A DNA stretch of 64,000 nt from Patescibacteria group bacterium (GCA_025450075.1 JANWIC010000016.1:2005-66004), one strand, 5' to 3'; counted from the stretch's first letter, positions 36,405 through 45,775 are shown. The notes: generated from the sequence alone by a model not told the origin. Translations and numbers: made by a program.

Positions 36405-37130
36405 ATGAGTAGTAATGGAGAAGATTTTGGTCAAGATGAAAGAGATCTTTTAATGGACTGTACACATCAAGCAGAAGAAATCATTCGATCTTTTCCTCTT
36501 TGTAACTTGCCCTTTAATTCTTTAGTATTTACAAACTGCTCTGGTGAAAAGATTAAATTTACAAGAGGTAAAGATTCTATTAGAATTCTAATTACAGATT
36601 CTAACGGTCAAGAGAAGGTAAAATTCATAACTTCTACAAAGAATAAACTTCCAATTGTAGCCATAGGAGATGAAGATGTTTTATCCAAAAACCTTGAAGC
36701 ACTTCAAAGCTACTTCTCACGTGACAATAGGATTACAGATTATACAGGCTTACTACCCTTAGATTTTATTCCATCGATTGAAGTAGAAAACTGTGAAGAA
36801 ATTGAAACTGATGAAACCATTATAATTGCAGCACATTATGCATATATGATTGCCTTGCACATTGGGAAAAGGGATGGATATTGTATGCGAATTCCAGGCA
36901 CTTATCAAACAGTAGTATTGCAAAAAATTAACGAAAGATTTGAATTAAAGTTACAAACTTCTGATAAAGTAACTTTGGCAAAGATTGCGTTTTCATTAAA
37001 AGATAATATTATTTGTTCTTTAAATGGTGAGGGAGATATAAATGCCCTATATGAAATATTGGATGATGCTTTAGTATTAAGGATATACTTAGGAGTAAGT
37101 TTAGGCAGAGATGAAATTAATAGAAATTAA
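36405..37130 (+). CDS. Hypothetical (orphan) protein, two copies of an about 95-aa module
   Basis: 241-aa ORF; halves share a helix/beta-meander/G[DN]xxxL helix pattern. Confidence 0.75.
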   Translation: MSSNGEDFGQDERDLLMDCTHQAEEIIRSFPLCNLPFNSLVFTNCSGEKIKFTRGKDSIRILITDSNGQEKVKFITSTKNKLPIVAIGDEDVLSKNLEALQSYFSRDNRITDYTGLLPLDFIPSIEVENCEEIETDETIIIAAHYAYMIALHIGKRDGYCMRIPGTYQTVVLQKINERFELKLQTSDKVTLAKIAFSLKDNIICSLNGEGDINALYEILDDALVLRIYLGVSLGRDEINRN

Positions 37131-37147
37131 CTATTAGTAATCAAACT

Positions 37148-37858
37148 ATGGGAGAGATTTGTAGTCAAGAATTAGATAATTTAAATTCATGGGAAGCAGC
37201 TGCAATGCAAGGTTTTAAAATATATAACCAAATGAATAAACCCGGTTGTATTGGTACTATTGTGCTACAGGTTCCAGATGCTGAAAGAATAATAACGATT
37301 ACATTAGAAGAAAATCAAGTATATAGTATCATTACCGAGCCTCAAGAAAATAATACGACGTTATTAGTATTTCAATCAAATGGAGTTTCATTTAGTCTTG
37401 TAGAATATGGAGGAAATTTAACAGAATTGCTAGGTGATCTAAAAGAAATAATGACAGGACTTACTTCAACTCCACAACAAGTAAGGAGAAATTCTTTAAG
37501 TGGTCGAGATTTAGATAGAAGAAGGAATCTAAAAAGAGCAATTGCATTAGCAAATAATGCATATTACGCAATAGAGGCATATTCCCTTTTATGGAAGGAA
37601 CATCATGATTGGCCAATTGATTTCCCTTATCTTAAAGGTAAAATACAATTCAGCAATCTTGATAATACGTACAGAATATCATATATAGTAGATGGAAATA
37701 TAGAAGCTTTTTTTGCATTTACAGCTTTTGACAATATCACAGATATGAAAGGTATTCGATTAGGAGAAATATATGGAAATACTGCGGCCATTGAAATTGC
37801 TGTTCATTATTTGTTTGATCAAATATATAATGGTGTCTTAAAGCCATCACTAAATTGA
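37148..37858 (+). CDS. Hypothetical (orphan) protein, probable paralog of 36405..37130
   Basis: 236-aa ORF of similar length and the same two-module pattern. Confidence 0.75.
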   Translation: MGEICSQELDNLNSWEAAAMQGFKIYNQMNKPGCIGTIVLQVPDAERIITITLEENQVYSIITEPQENNTTLLVFQSNGVSFSLVEYGGNLTELLGDLKEIMTGLTSTPQQVRRNSLSGRDLDRRRNLKRAIALANNAYYAIEAYSLLWKEHHDWPIDFPYLKGKIQFSNLDNTYRISYIVDGNIEAFFAFTAFDNITDMKGIRLGEIYGNTAAIEIAVHYLFDQIYNGVLKPSLN

Positions 37859-38653
37859 TTACAAGTTAATCCCTTGTTCTTCTAGCAGTTTTTTCATTTG
37901 ATAACGATATGCCCTGCCAATTTCAATTTGTCTTCCAGCACTTGTTTTAATATTTATCCTGATTCCCATTTTCCCATCAGATAAAGATTCAAGTCCTAAG
38001 ACTTCAGTTTTTCCTAATATAAACGGCTTTGTTTTTTCTTCTTGTTCAATATTTTCACCTGCTTGCTGCATTATGGAAATTATTTGATCAACTGGATTGT
38101 TTGCAGAAATGATAAATGTCATATCAAACATTGACCAATCTTTACTCAGGTTTGTAATTTGCGTGATGGAGCTATTAGAAAATGTAGTGACATTTCCAGA
38201 CAAATCACGGATTGTAATAGTTCGAAGGGTAATATCAATAATTACACCGACAAGCAGCCCAACCTGTACGGTATCCCCTACCCCAAATTGGTCTTGGATA
38301 AGAAAGAAAAAACCTGTAATAATGTCTTTCACCAAAGATTGCGCTCCGAAAGACACAGCAAGTCCAAAAATTCCTGCACTTGCAAGAAGTGGCTGGATAT
38401 CAAAAAAATTATTGAGAAGAATAAAGAAGCCAATGATAATGGCAATTGATATTGCCAAGTTATTCTCAACTTCAATTATTGTTTGTACCCGGCGCTGGAT
38501 TCTAGTTTGCGGTTCATTCTTTTGGATTTGTTTGCGTAAATATATCTTATTTATGACAAGAGCAAATACAATACGGATAATGGAAATGATAGCAACAATG
38601 AGTGCAAGATGGATGATACTAGCTATGAATACGTTTAGTGTAAATACTTTCAT
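37859..38653 (-). CDS. mscS: Small-conductance mechanosensitive channel family protein
   Basis: LLASAGIFGLAVSFGAQSLVKDIITGFF, DQFGVGD; ATG overlaps the mraY stop (TAATG). Confidence 0.92.
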   Translation of the reverse strand: MKVFTLNVFIASIIHLALIVAIISIIRIVFALVINKIYLRKQIQKNEPQTRIQRRVQTIIEVENNLAISIAIIIGFFILLNNFFDIQPLLASAGIFGLAVSFGAQSLVKDIITGFFFLIQDQFGVGDTVQVGLLVGVIIDITLRTITIRDLSGNVTTFSNSSITQITNLSKDWSMFDMTFIISANNPVDQIISIMQQAGENIEQEEKTKPFILGKTEVLGLESLSDGKMGIRINIKTSAGRQIEIGRAYRYQMKKLLEEQGINL

Positions 38654-39750
38654 TATATTAGTGAAATCCACAATGAAATAACAAGAAAGATCATGGAAAA
38701 GATCCAAAATCGCATAACTACCTTCTCTTCACTCCATCCTAACATCTCAAAATGGTGATGTAAAGGCGCCATTAAAAAGATTTTTTTGTCTAAAAACTGC
38801 TTTGCAAGTTTTTGTAAAATAACAGATGCAATTTCAATAATAAATATAAAGCCTGCAAACAAAAGAATAATTTCCCTGTGCAACAAGATGGCAATAGTTG
38901 CCAACATTGCTCCTAACGCAAGAGATCCTACATCTCCCATCTGAAATCTTGCCGGTTTTATATTAAAATACAAATAGGTTAAAAGAGCACCAATAGTGGT
39001 AGCACATAATTCAGCGATTCTTGGATTATTTAATTGTGTAGCAATAATCATAAAAGCTGCGTATGCACTTAATAATAGCCCTCCTGATAATCCATCCATT
39101 CCATCAGATATATTTACCGCATTTGCCATAAATATAACCATAAAAATCACAACCGGGATTAAAAATATACCGAGGTGAATATAAGTACCTCCAGGAATCC
39201 AAAGAAGTGTCCAATGGATTTTAAAGTACATCCAGAATGCAATTATGCATCCTGCTACAAACTGGACAAGCACTTTCTCATGTGGATGCAATCCTGTTCC
39301 AATTCTTGATCCGAAATGGTAAAACATTGATTTATATGCACTCCATGGAATTAACAGGGCGAAATAGAGGCGTCTAGCAGGTTTTGCATGATGCAGCGCC
39401 AGTTTGATTGTTAACCGAAGTTTTCGTACTGGTCGTTTTCTTCCATAGATATTTAACAGATCATCTAATGCTCCAATAATTGCACAAAGCGTTAATACCG
39501 ATAAAGGCAAAAGTGTATAGCTTCTTGATACATTAAAAATACTTGTGATAATTATAATTGTAAGAATAATGATGACACCTCCCATTATAGGCACCCCCGC
39601 TTTTTCCCGTCTGGAAGGAATTTGCGAGAATGTATCATCGTATTCGCCTGATCGGACAATCTTGTATTTATACAAAAGAGAAGTAATAGGAAATGTAATG
39701 ATAAATGATAAGATTAAAGAACCTAATATGTATGTGAGAAGTCTAAACAT
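38653..39750 (-). CDS. mraY: Phospho-N-acetylmuramoyl-pentapeptide transferase
   Basis: PIMGG, GALDD, NAVNISDGMDGL, MGDVGS, MAPLHHHFE. Confidence 0.95.
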   Translation of the reverse strand: MFRLLTYILGSLILSFIITFPITSLLYKYKIVRSGEYDDTFSQIPSRREKAGVPIMGGVIIILTIIIITSIFNVSRSYTLLPLSVLTLCAIIGALDDLLNIYGRKRPVRKLRLTIKLALHHAKPARRLYFALLIPWSAYKSMFYHFGSRIGTGLHPHEKVLVQFVAGCIIAFWMYFKIHWTLLWIPGGTYIHLGIFLIPVVIFMVIFMANAVNISDGMDGLSGGLLLSAYAAFMIIATQLNNPRIAELCATTIGALLTYLYFNIKPARFQMGDVGSLALGAMLATIAILLHREIILLFAGFIFIIEIASVILQKLAKQFLDKKIFLMAPLHHHFEMLGWSEEKVVMRFWIFSMIFLVISLWISLI

Positions 39751-40459
39751 GTGTATTTGTTAAAAATAAAGGCCGACGGATTCCATTATCATTTACTCTT
39801 CTTCGGATTAATTCATTTGGTTGATATTTCAATCTTTCAATCTGATTCCAATCCTGATCTGTTATGGATTTAGTATCATCAGTGATTGTTATCTTCCCCA
39901 TACAAACACCTTTTCCAGTTGAGGATTGAATATATTCGATCTCAGCAACTTTCCCCCCATTTTTTTTAATTGTAGTGATCATGACGACATGTTTTCCACC
40001 TGACATTCTGATTAAATCCATTGGCTTTACCTGTGATACAGGTATCTCTTGACAGTTTATCTTTGAAGTTAAGGTATCGGCATTTAACTTTGCGGTATCT
40101 GGTTTAATTGCATACAAAACCAGCAAGAACGGATTTAAAGTGGGACGTTTAAAAAAAGATTTTGCATGTTTTTGAAGTCTTGAAAGGGTAAACTGTTCAT
40201 AAATATCAAGAACAAGTCCTGAACAGTCTATGCCAATATTATTATCTTTTAATAGTGAATATCCATCCTTTTCAGGATATATTTCCTGTAATTCATTGAG
40301 AACTTTTTGTATTTCTTCTTTTCTTCCTTTTCCTTTGTAAACTCTTCTTTTTAAAGAAATGCTTCCTTTACCGATAAAATATGGAACAGGTATAGATAAA
40401 AACCAATCACATAACTGTTGCAAATCTTGAGGGATTGTTTGCGTATCATCTTGGCTCAT
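39743..40459 (-). CDS. NlpC/P60-like (papain-fold) peptidase/amidase
   Basis: VPY...GIDCSGLV catalytic Cys; VKPMDLI...HVVMI catalytic His; no signal peptide. Confidence 0.8.
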   Translation of the reverse strand: MSQDDTQTIPQDLQQLCDWFLSIPVPYFIGKGSISLKRRVYKGKGRKEEIQKVLNELQEIYPEKDGYSLLKDNNIGIDCSGLVLDIYEQFTLSRLQKHAKSFFKRPTLNPFLLVLYAIKPDTAKLNADTLTSKINCQEIPVSQVKPMDLIRMSGGKHVVMITTIKKNGGKVAEIEYIQSSTGKGVCMGKITITDDTKSITDQDWNQIERLKYQPNELIRRRVNDNGIRRPLFLTNTHV

Positions 40460-41808
40460 GCGGTATCAATAGTTTTTGTTTTTGCCTGTATTGTTGCAAT
40501 AATGTTGAGGATATTATCATCAATATGTTCCATATCTTTTAATACATTTCCTCTTACACTTATCTTTAAAAAGTCATCTCCTTGCCCTATCATTCTACCC
40601 TCAATAGCCTCCAGTATCAATGCCCTTGATGTTGAATATATTTCATCAATTGCGTAGGCATCTTCCTTTTTTGTTACAGATTCAATATCGTAAAGTCCTC
40701 CATATGATTCAAGAACCTGGAATGGTTTTGCATGATTTCTTACAATTAATGCTGATGCATCAATGGGTTGCGCATTATTCTTGTTATATTGTTCGATATC
40801 AATTGAAAATGGAATCTGTAAAAGTTCTAATAAATTGATGACTGCTAATGGAATCTCTTCATTTTCCAGCTGTAGTTTTGTGAAATCCTGGATGGATGCA
40901 GTTTGTCTTGCATTTATCTCAAGAATATATAACTCTTCTCCGGTAATGGAAAAATCAACTCCAAAAAATCCTCTATACCCTAACGTATAGAAATATTCCC
41001 CTAACAGTTTCGTCAATGCTACTGCCTCTTCTCTTATCTGATCAGTAACTCCCAGTTGATACCAATTGTTTCCGCAAGTTTCTCCCCGAAGAGCTCCAAG
41101 TTCCTGTAAACCCGTCATCTGGTTACACAATCCACCCACATAGGTGCCGTTTATTGTTGCAACACCATTTGTTGTGATGAAATGAAATGCGCATGTTTGG
41201 ACAAACTTCATCATCATATTTGTACGAAAATATTCATTCTTGAATGTATCAAACTCTTCTTTCGAATGAATAAAGAATGTGCTATTTCCAGAATGTCCAA
41301 CATCGAACTGGACAACAAAAGATGAACCCAACTCTTTGACTAATGAGTCAAAATCTACTTCAGAAATACGTTTTAAAATTGCTTTCGGCAGATTATCTCC
41401 AAAGCCACCTTCTTGAAGAAGCTGGTATTGGGTGATTTTGTTTTCAATTTTTCCTGCAATTCTTGCATCCGGATTAAGAACAATATTATCTCCTGAAGCA
41501 ACTTCTAAAGCTCTTGAAGGTTTGAAATACATGAGGTGGGCTTTGTTTCTTGTGTTTTTAGTAATATATTCCTGCACTTTCGAATCTTTTATCAGTTGCA
41601 AAGATGAGGAAAGCTCTGGTTGGGTAAGCATTACTTCTATTCCTCTTTCTTCAAGAAGACGAATTGTGTATGAGTTTTGTCCTGTGATGATATAAAAATG
41701 TCTAAGAAGATTTTCCAATCCAAAAGATCTTTCAATATTTTTTGTCAGATAAAAGATTGGCGAGCCAAGTGTCGCTTTGTTTATCATTTCTATATATTCT
41801 CGTATCAT
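40456..41808 (-). CDS. ATP-grasp fold ligase of unknown specificity
   Basis: IENKI, VVQFDVGHSGNSTFFI, GYRGFFGVDF, YILEINARQT; ATG at 41808 overlaps the upstream stop (TAATG). Confidence 0.85.
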   Translation of the reverse strand: MIREYIEMINKATLGSPIFYLTKNIERSFGLENLLRHFYIITGQNSYTIRLLEERGIEVMLTQPELSSSLQLIKDSKVQEYITKNTRNKAHLMYFKPSRALEVASGDNIVLNPDARIAGKIENKITQYQLLQEGGFGDNLPKAILKRISEVDFDSLVKELGSSFVVQFDVGHSGNSTFFIHSKEEFDTFKNEYFRTNMMMKFVQTCAFHFITTNGVATINGTYVGGLCNQMTGLQELGALRGETCGNNWYQLGVTDQIREEAVALTKLLGEYFYTLGYRGFFGVDFSITGEELYILEINARQTASIQDFTKLQLENEEIPLAVINLLELLQIPFSIDIEQYNKNNAQPIDASALIVRNHAKPFQVLESYGGLYDIESVTKKEDAYAIDEIYSTSRALILEAIEGRMIGQGDDFLKISVRGNVLKDMEHIDDNILNIIATIQAKTKTIDTA

Positions 41809-42734
41809 TATATTCCGGTTAAAATACAAATGGCAGAATGTATCTCATGATTTTTCTTTGCTTCTTTTAAACCTGCAATTGCTAGGGCACTATCATATGA
41901 TATTTCTTTTTTCTCAAAAGAAAGCATATCTTCTAACGCATCTTGTATCTGGTTATCACGGATTGCATAAGCATCTCCCCCGGTTCGCTTGATTAATTCA
42001 ACCACTTTTTGTTCGTGTGGAGTATAGTATGTTGATACTGCTGTTGCAAGAGAAGAATCAGTTGAAATAATCTCATGTGAAAAATGGTCAGCAATTGGAT
42101 GGATCTTAGTCGTTTGAATGGCATAAAGTGGAGGAATATCATCAAGTCCTGCAACTAATCCTAAAAGTCCAGTCCCTGAACTTATGGGCATACATAAAGC
42201 ATCAACATTTTGAGGCAATTGTTTTTGTATTTCTTTCCCTAAACTTGAATATCCCTCTATGGCATTCGGGTCTTTTGATCCCACAAGATTAATCGCTTGA
42301 TTCTCTTTTGCAAATTGAAAGGCATCTTTTCTTGCGCGTGGAGAATAATGAATTGTGCACAAGTCAGTATGCGTCCCTATTATTTCCAATAATCTTTTCC
42401 TTTTATTTTCATCGGTATGAGAAGAAAGGAAAATATCAAGATATACACGATAAAAAATACAATACATTGCTGCAGATATTGCTGCATTTCCCGATGAAGA
42501 TATGACAAAATTATTTTTCCCTTCTTTGATCCAGTGTTGAAGTTGATAGGAAATGGCTCTATCTTTAAAAGATCCTGAAGGGTTTTGTGTCTCATCTTTT
42601 AAATATATATGATTCAAACCATATGCATGTGCAAGATTGACCGCCTCGTAAAGAGGTGTGTTCCCTTCAGCTGGTAAAGGGAGAGATTGAAAATTATTCG
42701 TAAAGTGTGTAGAATTACTACTATTGTTGACCAT
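41808..42734 (-). CDS. Fold-type II PLP-dependent enzyme (threonine synthase-like)
   Basis: EGNTPL, NPSGSFKDR (PLP Lys), SSSGNAA, PISSGTG, CILTG. Confidence 0.88.
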   Translation of the reverse strand: MVNNSSNSTHFTNNFQSLPLPAEGNTPLYEAVNLAHAYGLNHIYLKDETQNPSGSFKDRAISYQLQHWIKEGKNNFVISSSGNAAISAAMYCIFYRVYLDIFLSSHTDENKRKRLLEIIGTHTDLCTIHYSPRARKDAFQFAKENQAINLVGSKDPNAIEGYSSLGKEIQKQLPQNVDALCMPISSGTGLLGLVAGLDDIPPLYAIQTTKIHPIADHFSHEIISTDSSLATAVSTYYTPHEQKVVELIKRTGGDAYAIRDNQIQDALEDMLSFEKKEISYDSALAIAGLKEAKKNHEIHSAICILTGI

Positions 42735-42771
42735 TATTTCGTATTATACAATTTTTACCTATGAAAGACAA
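42724..42771. promoter_or_regulatory. Overlapping bidirectional sigma70 promoters
   Basis: Plus strand: TTGTTG(42724)-17-TACAAT(42747)-8nt-ATG(42761). Minus strand: TTGTCT(42771)-17-TATAAT(42748-42743)-8nt-ATG(42734). Confidence 0.7.
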
Positions 42772-42931
42772 AACAGTTTTATGCCCTGAATGCCAAAATA
42801 CCACAGAACTTGAAAATGAAATTCGAGTTGGTGACATCGTTGAATGTCCTCATTGCGGATCAGAACTTCGGGTCGCTGATTTTGATTCTGATGGAAAGAT
42901 CCTTGTAAAGGTTATCCAGGAAGAGAAATAA
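42761..42931 (+). CDS. LysW-like zinc-ribbon small protein (56 aa, not in ORF track)
   Basis: Manual translation MKDKTVLCPECQNTTELENEIRVGDIVECPHCGSELRVADFDSDGKILVKVIQEEK; CPxC...GDIVECPxCGxEL LysW pattern. Confidence 0.85.
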   Translation: MKDKTVLCPECQNTTELENEIRVGDIVECPHCGSELRVADFDSDGKILVKVIQEEK

Positions 42932-43042
42932 TACACGGAACTATCATAATCCTATTTCTTTGCAATCACAGCAATCTTTAAGTATACTGCTGAATAATTT
43001 ACCATAGATATTTTGGGTCATATTCAACCGCAAATAGCACAG

Positions 43043-45775
43043 ATGGAAACACAAGCAATTCCAGAAGGAATGCTTTACGGTACCTCTACACTTCTCGAAG
43101 CATTTCTACAAAATAATGGTGTTGGAACACTTCCAGTTTTTATTTTAGCAGCAGTACAAGCTGGCATAGTTAATTCTGAAGAAGAAGGTATACGCCGTGC
43201 AGTTGAAATTCTATCTCGATTTCAACCCAATGTTGATGTTTTAACTAAATACGGCTCACACTATAGTGATAACTGGCATCCACAAGGTGTTCGAGAATTA
43301 ATTAATACGATACATAGAAGAGAAGGTGAAAAAGTCCTCTATCCTCAAATTATTGCTTCAAGGGTTGGAGCAATTTCCCATGAATGTATTGCCAATTTGC
43401 TCACAGGTAATCTTGCACAATATCCCTCTCCTATTCAAACATCCCACATGCAATCAGAACTTCCAGGATTTGAATCTTTAAAATGTAATAGCATATTTGA
43501 TAGTAATCCAAATATATATGAGGATGCAATAACTAGAAATAATTCTGTATCCGATAAACATTTAGAACTTATTAATGATCATCGCCTTGCAATTCTTGCT
43601 GCGCTTTCTATATCTCCTCCTGATTATTGGAGAGCGAATGAAGCAGCTCGAGAATTAGCTTATCTTCTTATGCCAATATTCCATATTGTAAATAGAAAGC
43701 AGAAAAATCCTATTCAAGAAATACTTCGTCTTACCCATTCATTGGGAGGTATGCTCCCCAGTGTCATGATGAATCTTGCGAATGCCGCTGTTGCATATTA
43801 TGGCACTGATGCATTTAGAATCCCTCGAGCAATATTTGCCGAAGTACCTGTTTTATCGCAGCCAGGTGTTCGTGCGGGTAGAGCAGATCTAGTTGAGGTT
43901 GTTGCAATCAATGGACGTAAGCCTTCTTCTTCCGAAATAGAGCTAATTCGAGCATTTGCAAAAACAGCACGCGGATCGCTAGGATCTATTCATCAAAAAC
44001 TTAAAGAATTGCTCGGTGCGGATATCACATGGGAAATTTCTGACAATAAGTTTGCAATTGGTGATAACAATCCTCGATTCCGTCATCTTGCAATTCCTCG
44101 GGATGCAATAGCAAATGGGCCATTTGGTAAACACGAAATTCAAGTTAAAGCATATCATACTTTAGCAACTGTTGATGTTGCGATGGTATTAAACGATATG
44201 GAAAATCCATTCGGTAATGGTGCAATTAGTTGTGTACATCTACTTTATCGAATTGGAGATACCCTAGATGAAGCTGAAAAGATTACTTTTCAAATGAGTT
44301 CAGAAGAAATGCGAGAGTTTTTCAGAATTCATTATGGTAATCGACATAGTCGTGCAGAGCTTGAAGCTGTTTTTCGCATGTGGGGAGGTGTATTGCTTGC
44401 TGAAGCAAGAAGATATCTTGGTGTAAGTAATATTGTTAGACGTCCTAAGGAGAGCCCTGAATCAACAGGTCAAATGCCACTCATTAATGATGAAACTACT
44501 GGGAAATTTACAAGATTAATTGAAGAATCTCGTGAATTTTATCATCCTGAGAAATTAGAAAGACTTTTTCGTATTGAAGGGAGAAGAAGAAGCGGTGAAC
44601 CTAAATTGGTAATGGATTATAATTTGCTACTCCAATTAATTGTAGCTGGGAAAATTCAAGTGAGTGAAGATTTCGGTCCTTTAATAGGCGGCTTTATCCA
44701 TTGTCCACTTCATGAATTTGTACTTGCCGATCAAGGTTTACCACCTAAACTTGATGAATCTCCTTCATTTCATATTTTTGGCAATGGAAGATGGCATTGT
44801 TTTAGTTGTAATGCAGGAGGATCTATAGATCCTACTTCATTTCCTCCAGGTTGGAAAGGTGGAACAATTAAAGTTCGTACAAGAAAATCAAAAAGACAAC
44901 ATGCAATTACAAATGAAATGTTGGATGAAAGTCAAGTCGCTGTTTTGAATGATCTTTTTTTGATTCTCCAAGAGATATATAAATCCTCTACAAATGCACA
45001 AAACTATTTACAAGAAATCAGAGGATTAACTCCTGAGATATTAGCAAAATATGGAGTTGGATATTGGCCACCTGGTGCTCAGGGAAAAATATTAGAAAAG
45101 CTGATTGAGCAGGGATATACAATGGAGGATATTGATCGTGCAGGAATTAGGGTGCTTGTAAAACCAAAAAGATATAGAGATGAGGAGGGAAATGTATTTA
45201 CTTCTACCCCATACTATTGGTTTCCACTTAATGGTACAGTAGTTTTTAAGATCGGAGATGGTAAGGATGGTGATATGAATTTGTATGGAAGGAATGCATA
45301 TAAGACGCCAAAATCTTTATGGAGAAAAAATCCAAGAACTGGAAAGCCACAAAGGCCACGCGAACATTGGAAACTACAAACAAAAGTTCCTCATGGAGTA
45401 TTTAATCAACAAGTACTTAATGGCGAAATAAAATCAAAAAAAGTTGTCGTATTTGAAGCCGTAATTGATGCGTTGTCATATATGATTTTAACTGGAGAAG
45501 AAGATGTAGTAGCTATCATTGGTACACTAAATCATTATGCAGTAAGAAAGCTAAAAGATCTTGCATTACAAGGTGTACAAATTTGCCTTGCACTGGATAA
45601 CGACAGTACCGGGCAACTGACGATAAAACGGATTATTGCTGAATTAGAATCTTATGGGTGTGGAGAAATGGTATTTAATTATACTGAAATTTTAAAACAG
45701 CTTTTTCAAGAGCTTTCTTCTTTGAAAGATTTAAATGAGGTCCTTCTATTCCGAATTCAAGATCGACGGTCTTGA
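43043..45775 (+). CDS. PD-(D/E)xK (RecB-type) nuclease fused to CHC2 zinc finger and DnaG-type Toprim primase domain
   Basis: GAISH, AEVP..GRAD, SDNK, QVKAY; CPLH...CFSC; YLQEIRGL, EAVIDALS, LDND, KDLNE; promoter TTGCAA-17-TATACT near 42960; start may be TTG at 43013. Confidence 0.75.
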   Translation: METQAIPEGMLYGTSTLLEAFLQNNGVGTLPVFILAAVQAGIVNSEEEGIRRAVEILSRFQPNVDVLTKYGSHYSDNWHPQGVRELINTIHRREGEKVLYPQIIASRVGAISHECIANLLTGNLAQYPSPIQTSHMQSELPGFESLKCNSIFDSNPNIYEDAITRNNSVSDKHLELINDHRLAILAALSISPPDYWRANEAARELAYLLMPIFHIVNRKQKNPIQEILRLTHSLGGMLPSVMMNLANAAVAYYGTDAFRIPRAIFAEVPVLSQPGVRAGRADLVEVVAINGRKPSSSEIELIRAFAKTARGSLGSIHQKLKELLGADITWEISDNKFAIGDNNPRFRHLAIPRDAIANGPFGKHEIQVKAYHTLATVDVAMVLNDMENPFGNGAISCVHLLYRIGDTLDEAEKITFQMSSEEMREFFRIHYGNRHSRAELEAVFRMWGGVLLAEARRYLGVSNIVRRPKESPESTGQMPLINDETTGKFTRLIEESREFYHPEKLERLFRIEGRRRSGEPKLVMDYNLLLQLIVAGKIQVSEDFGPLIGGFIHCPLHEFVLADQGLPPKLDESPSFHIFGNGRWHCFSCNAGGSIDPTSFPPGWKGGTIKVRTRKSKRQHAITNEMLDESQVAVLNDLFLILQEIYKSSTNAQNYLQEIRGLTPEILAKYGVGYWPPGAQGKILEKLIEQGYTMEDIDRAGIRVLVKPKRYRDEEGNVFTSTPYYWFPLNGTVVFKIGDGKDGDMNLYGRNAYKTPKSLWRKNPRTGKPQRPREHWKLQTKVPHGVFNQQVLNGEIKSKKVVVFEAVIDALSYMILTGEEDVVAIIGTLNHYAVRKLKDLALQGVQICLALDNDSTGQLTIKRIIAELESYGCGEMVFNYTEILKQLFQELSSLKDLNEVLLFRIQDRRS

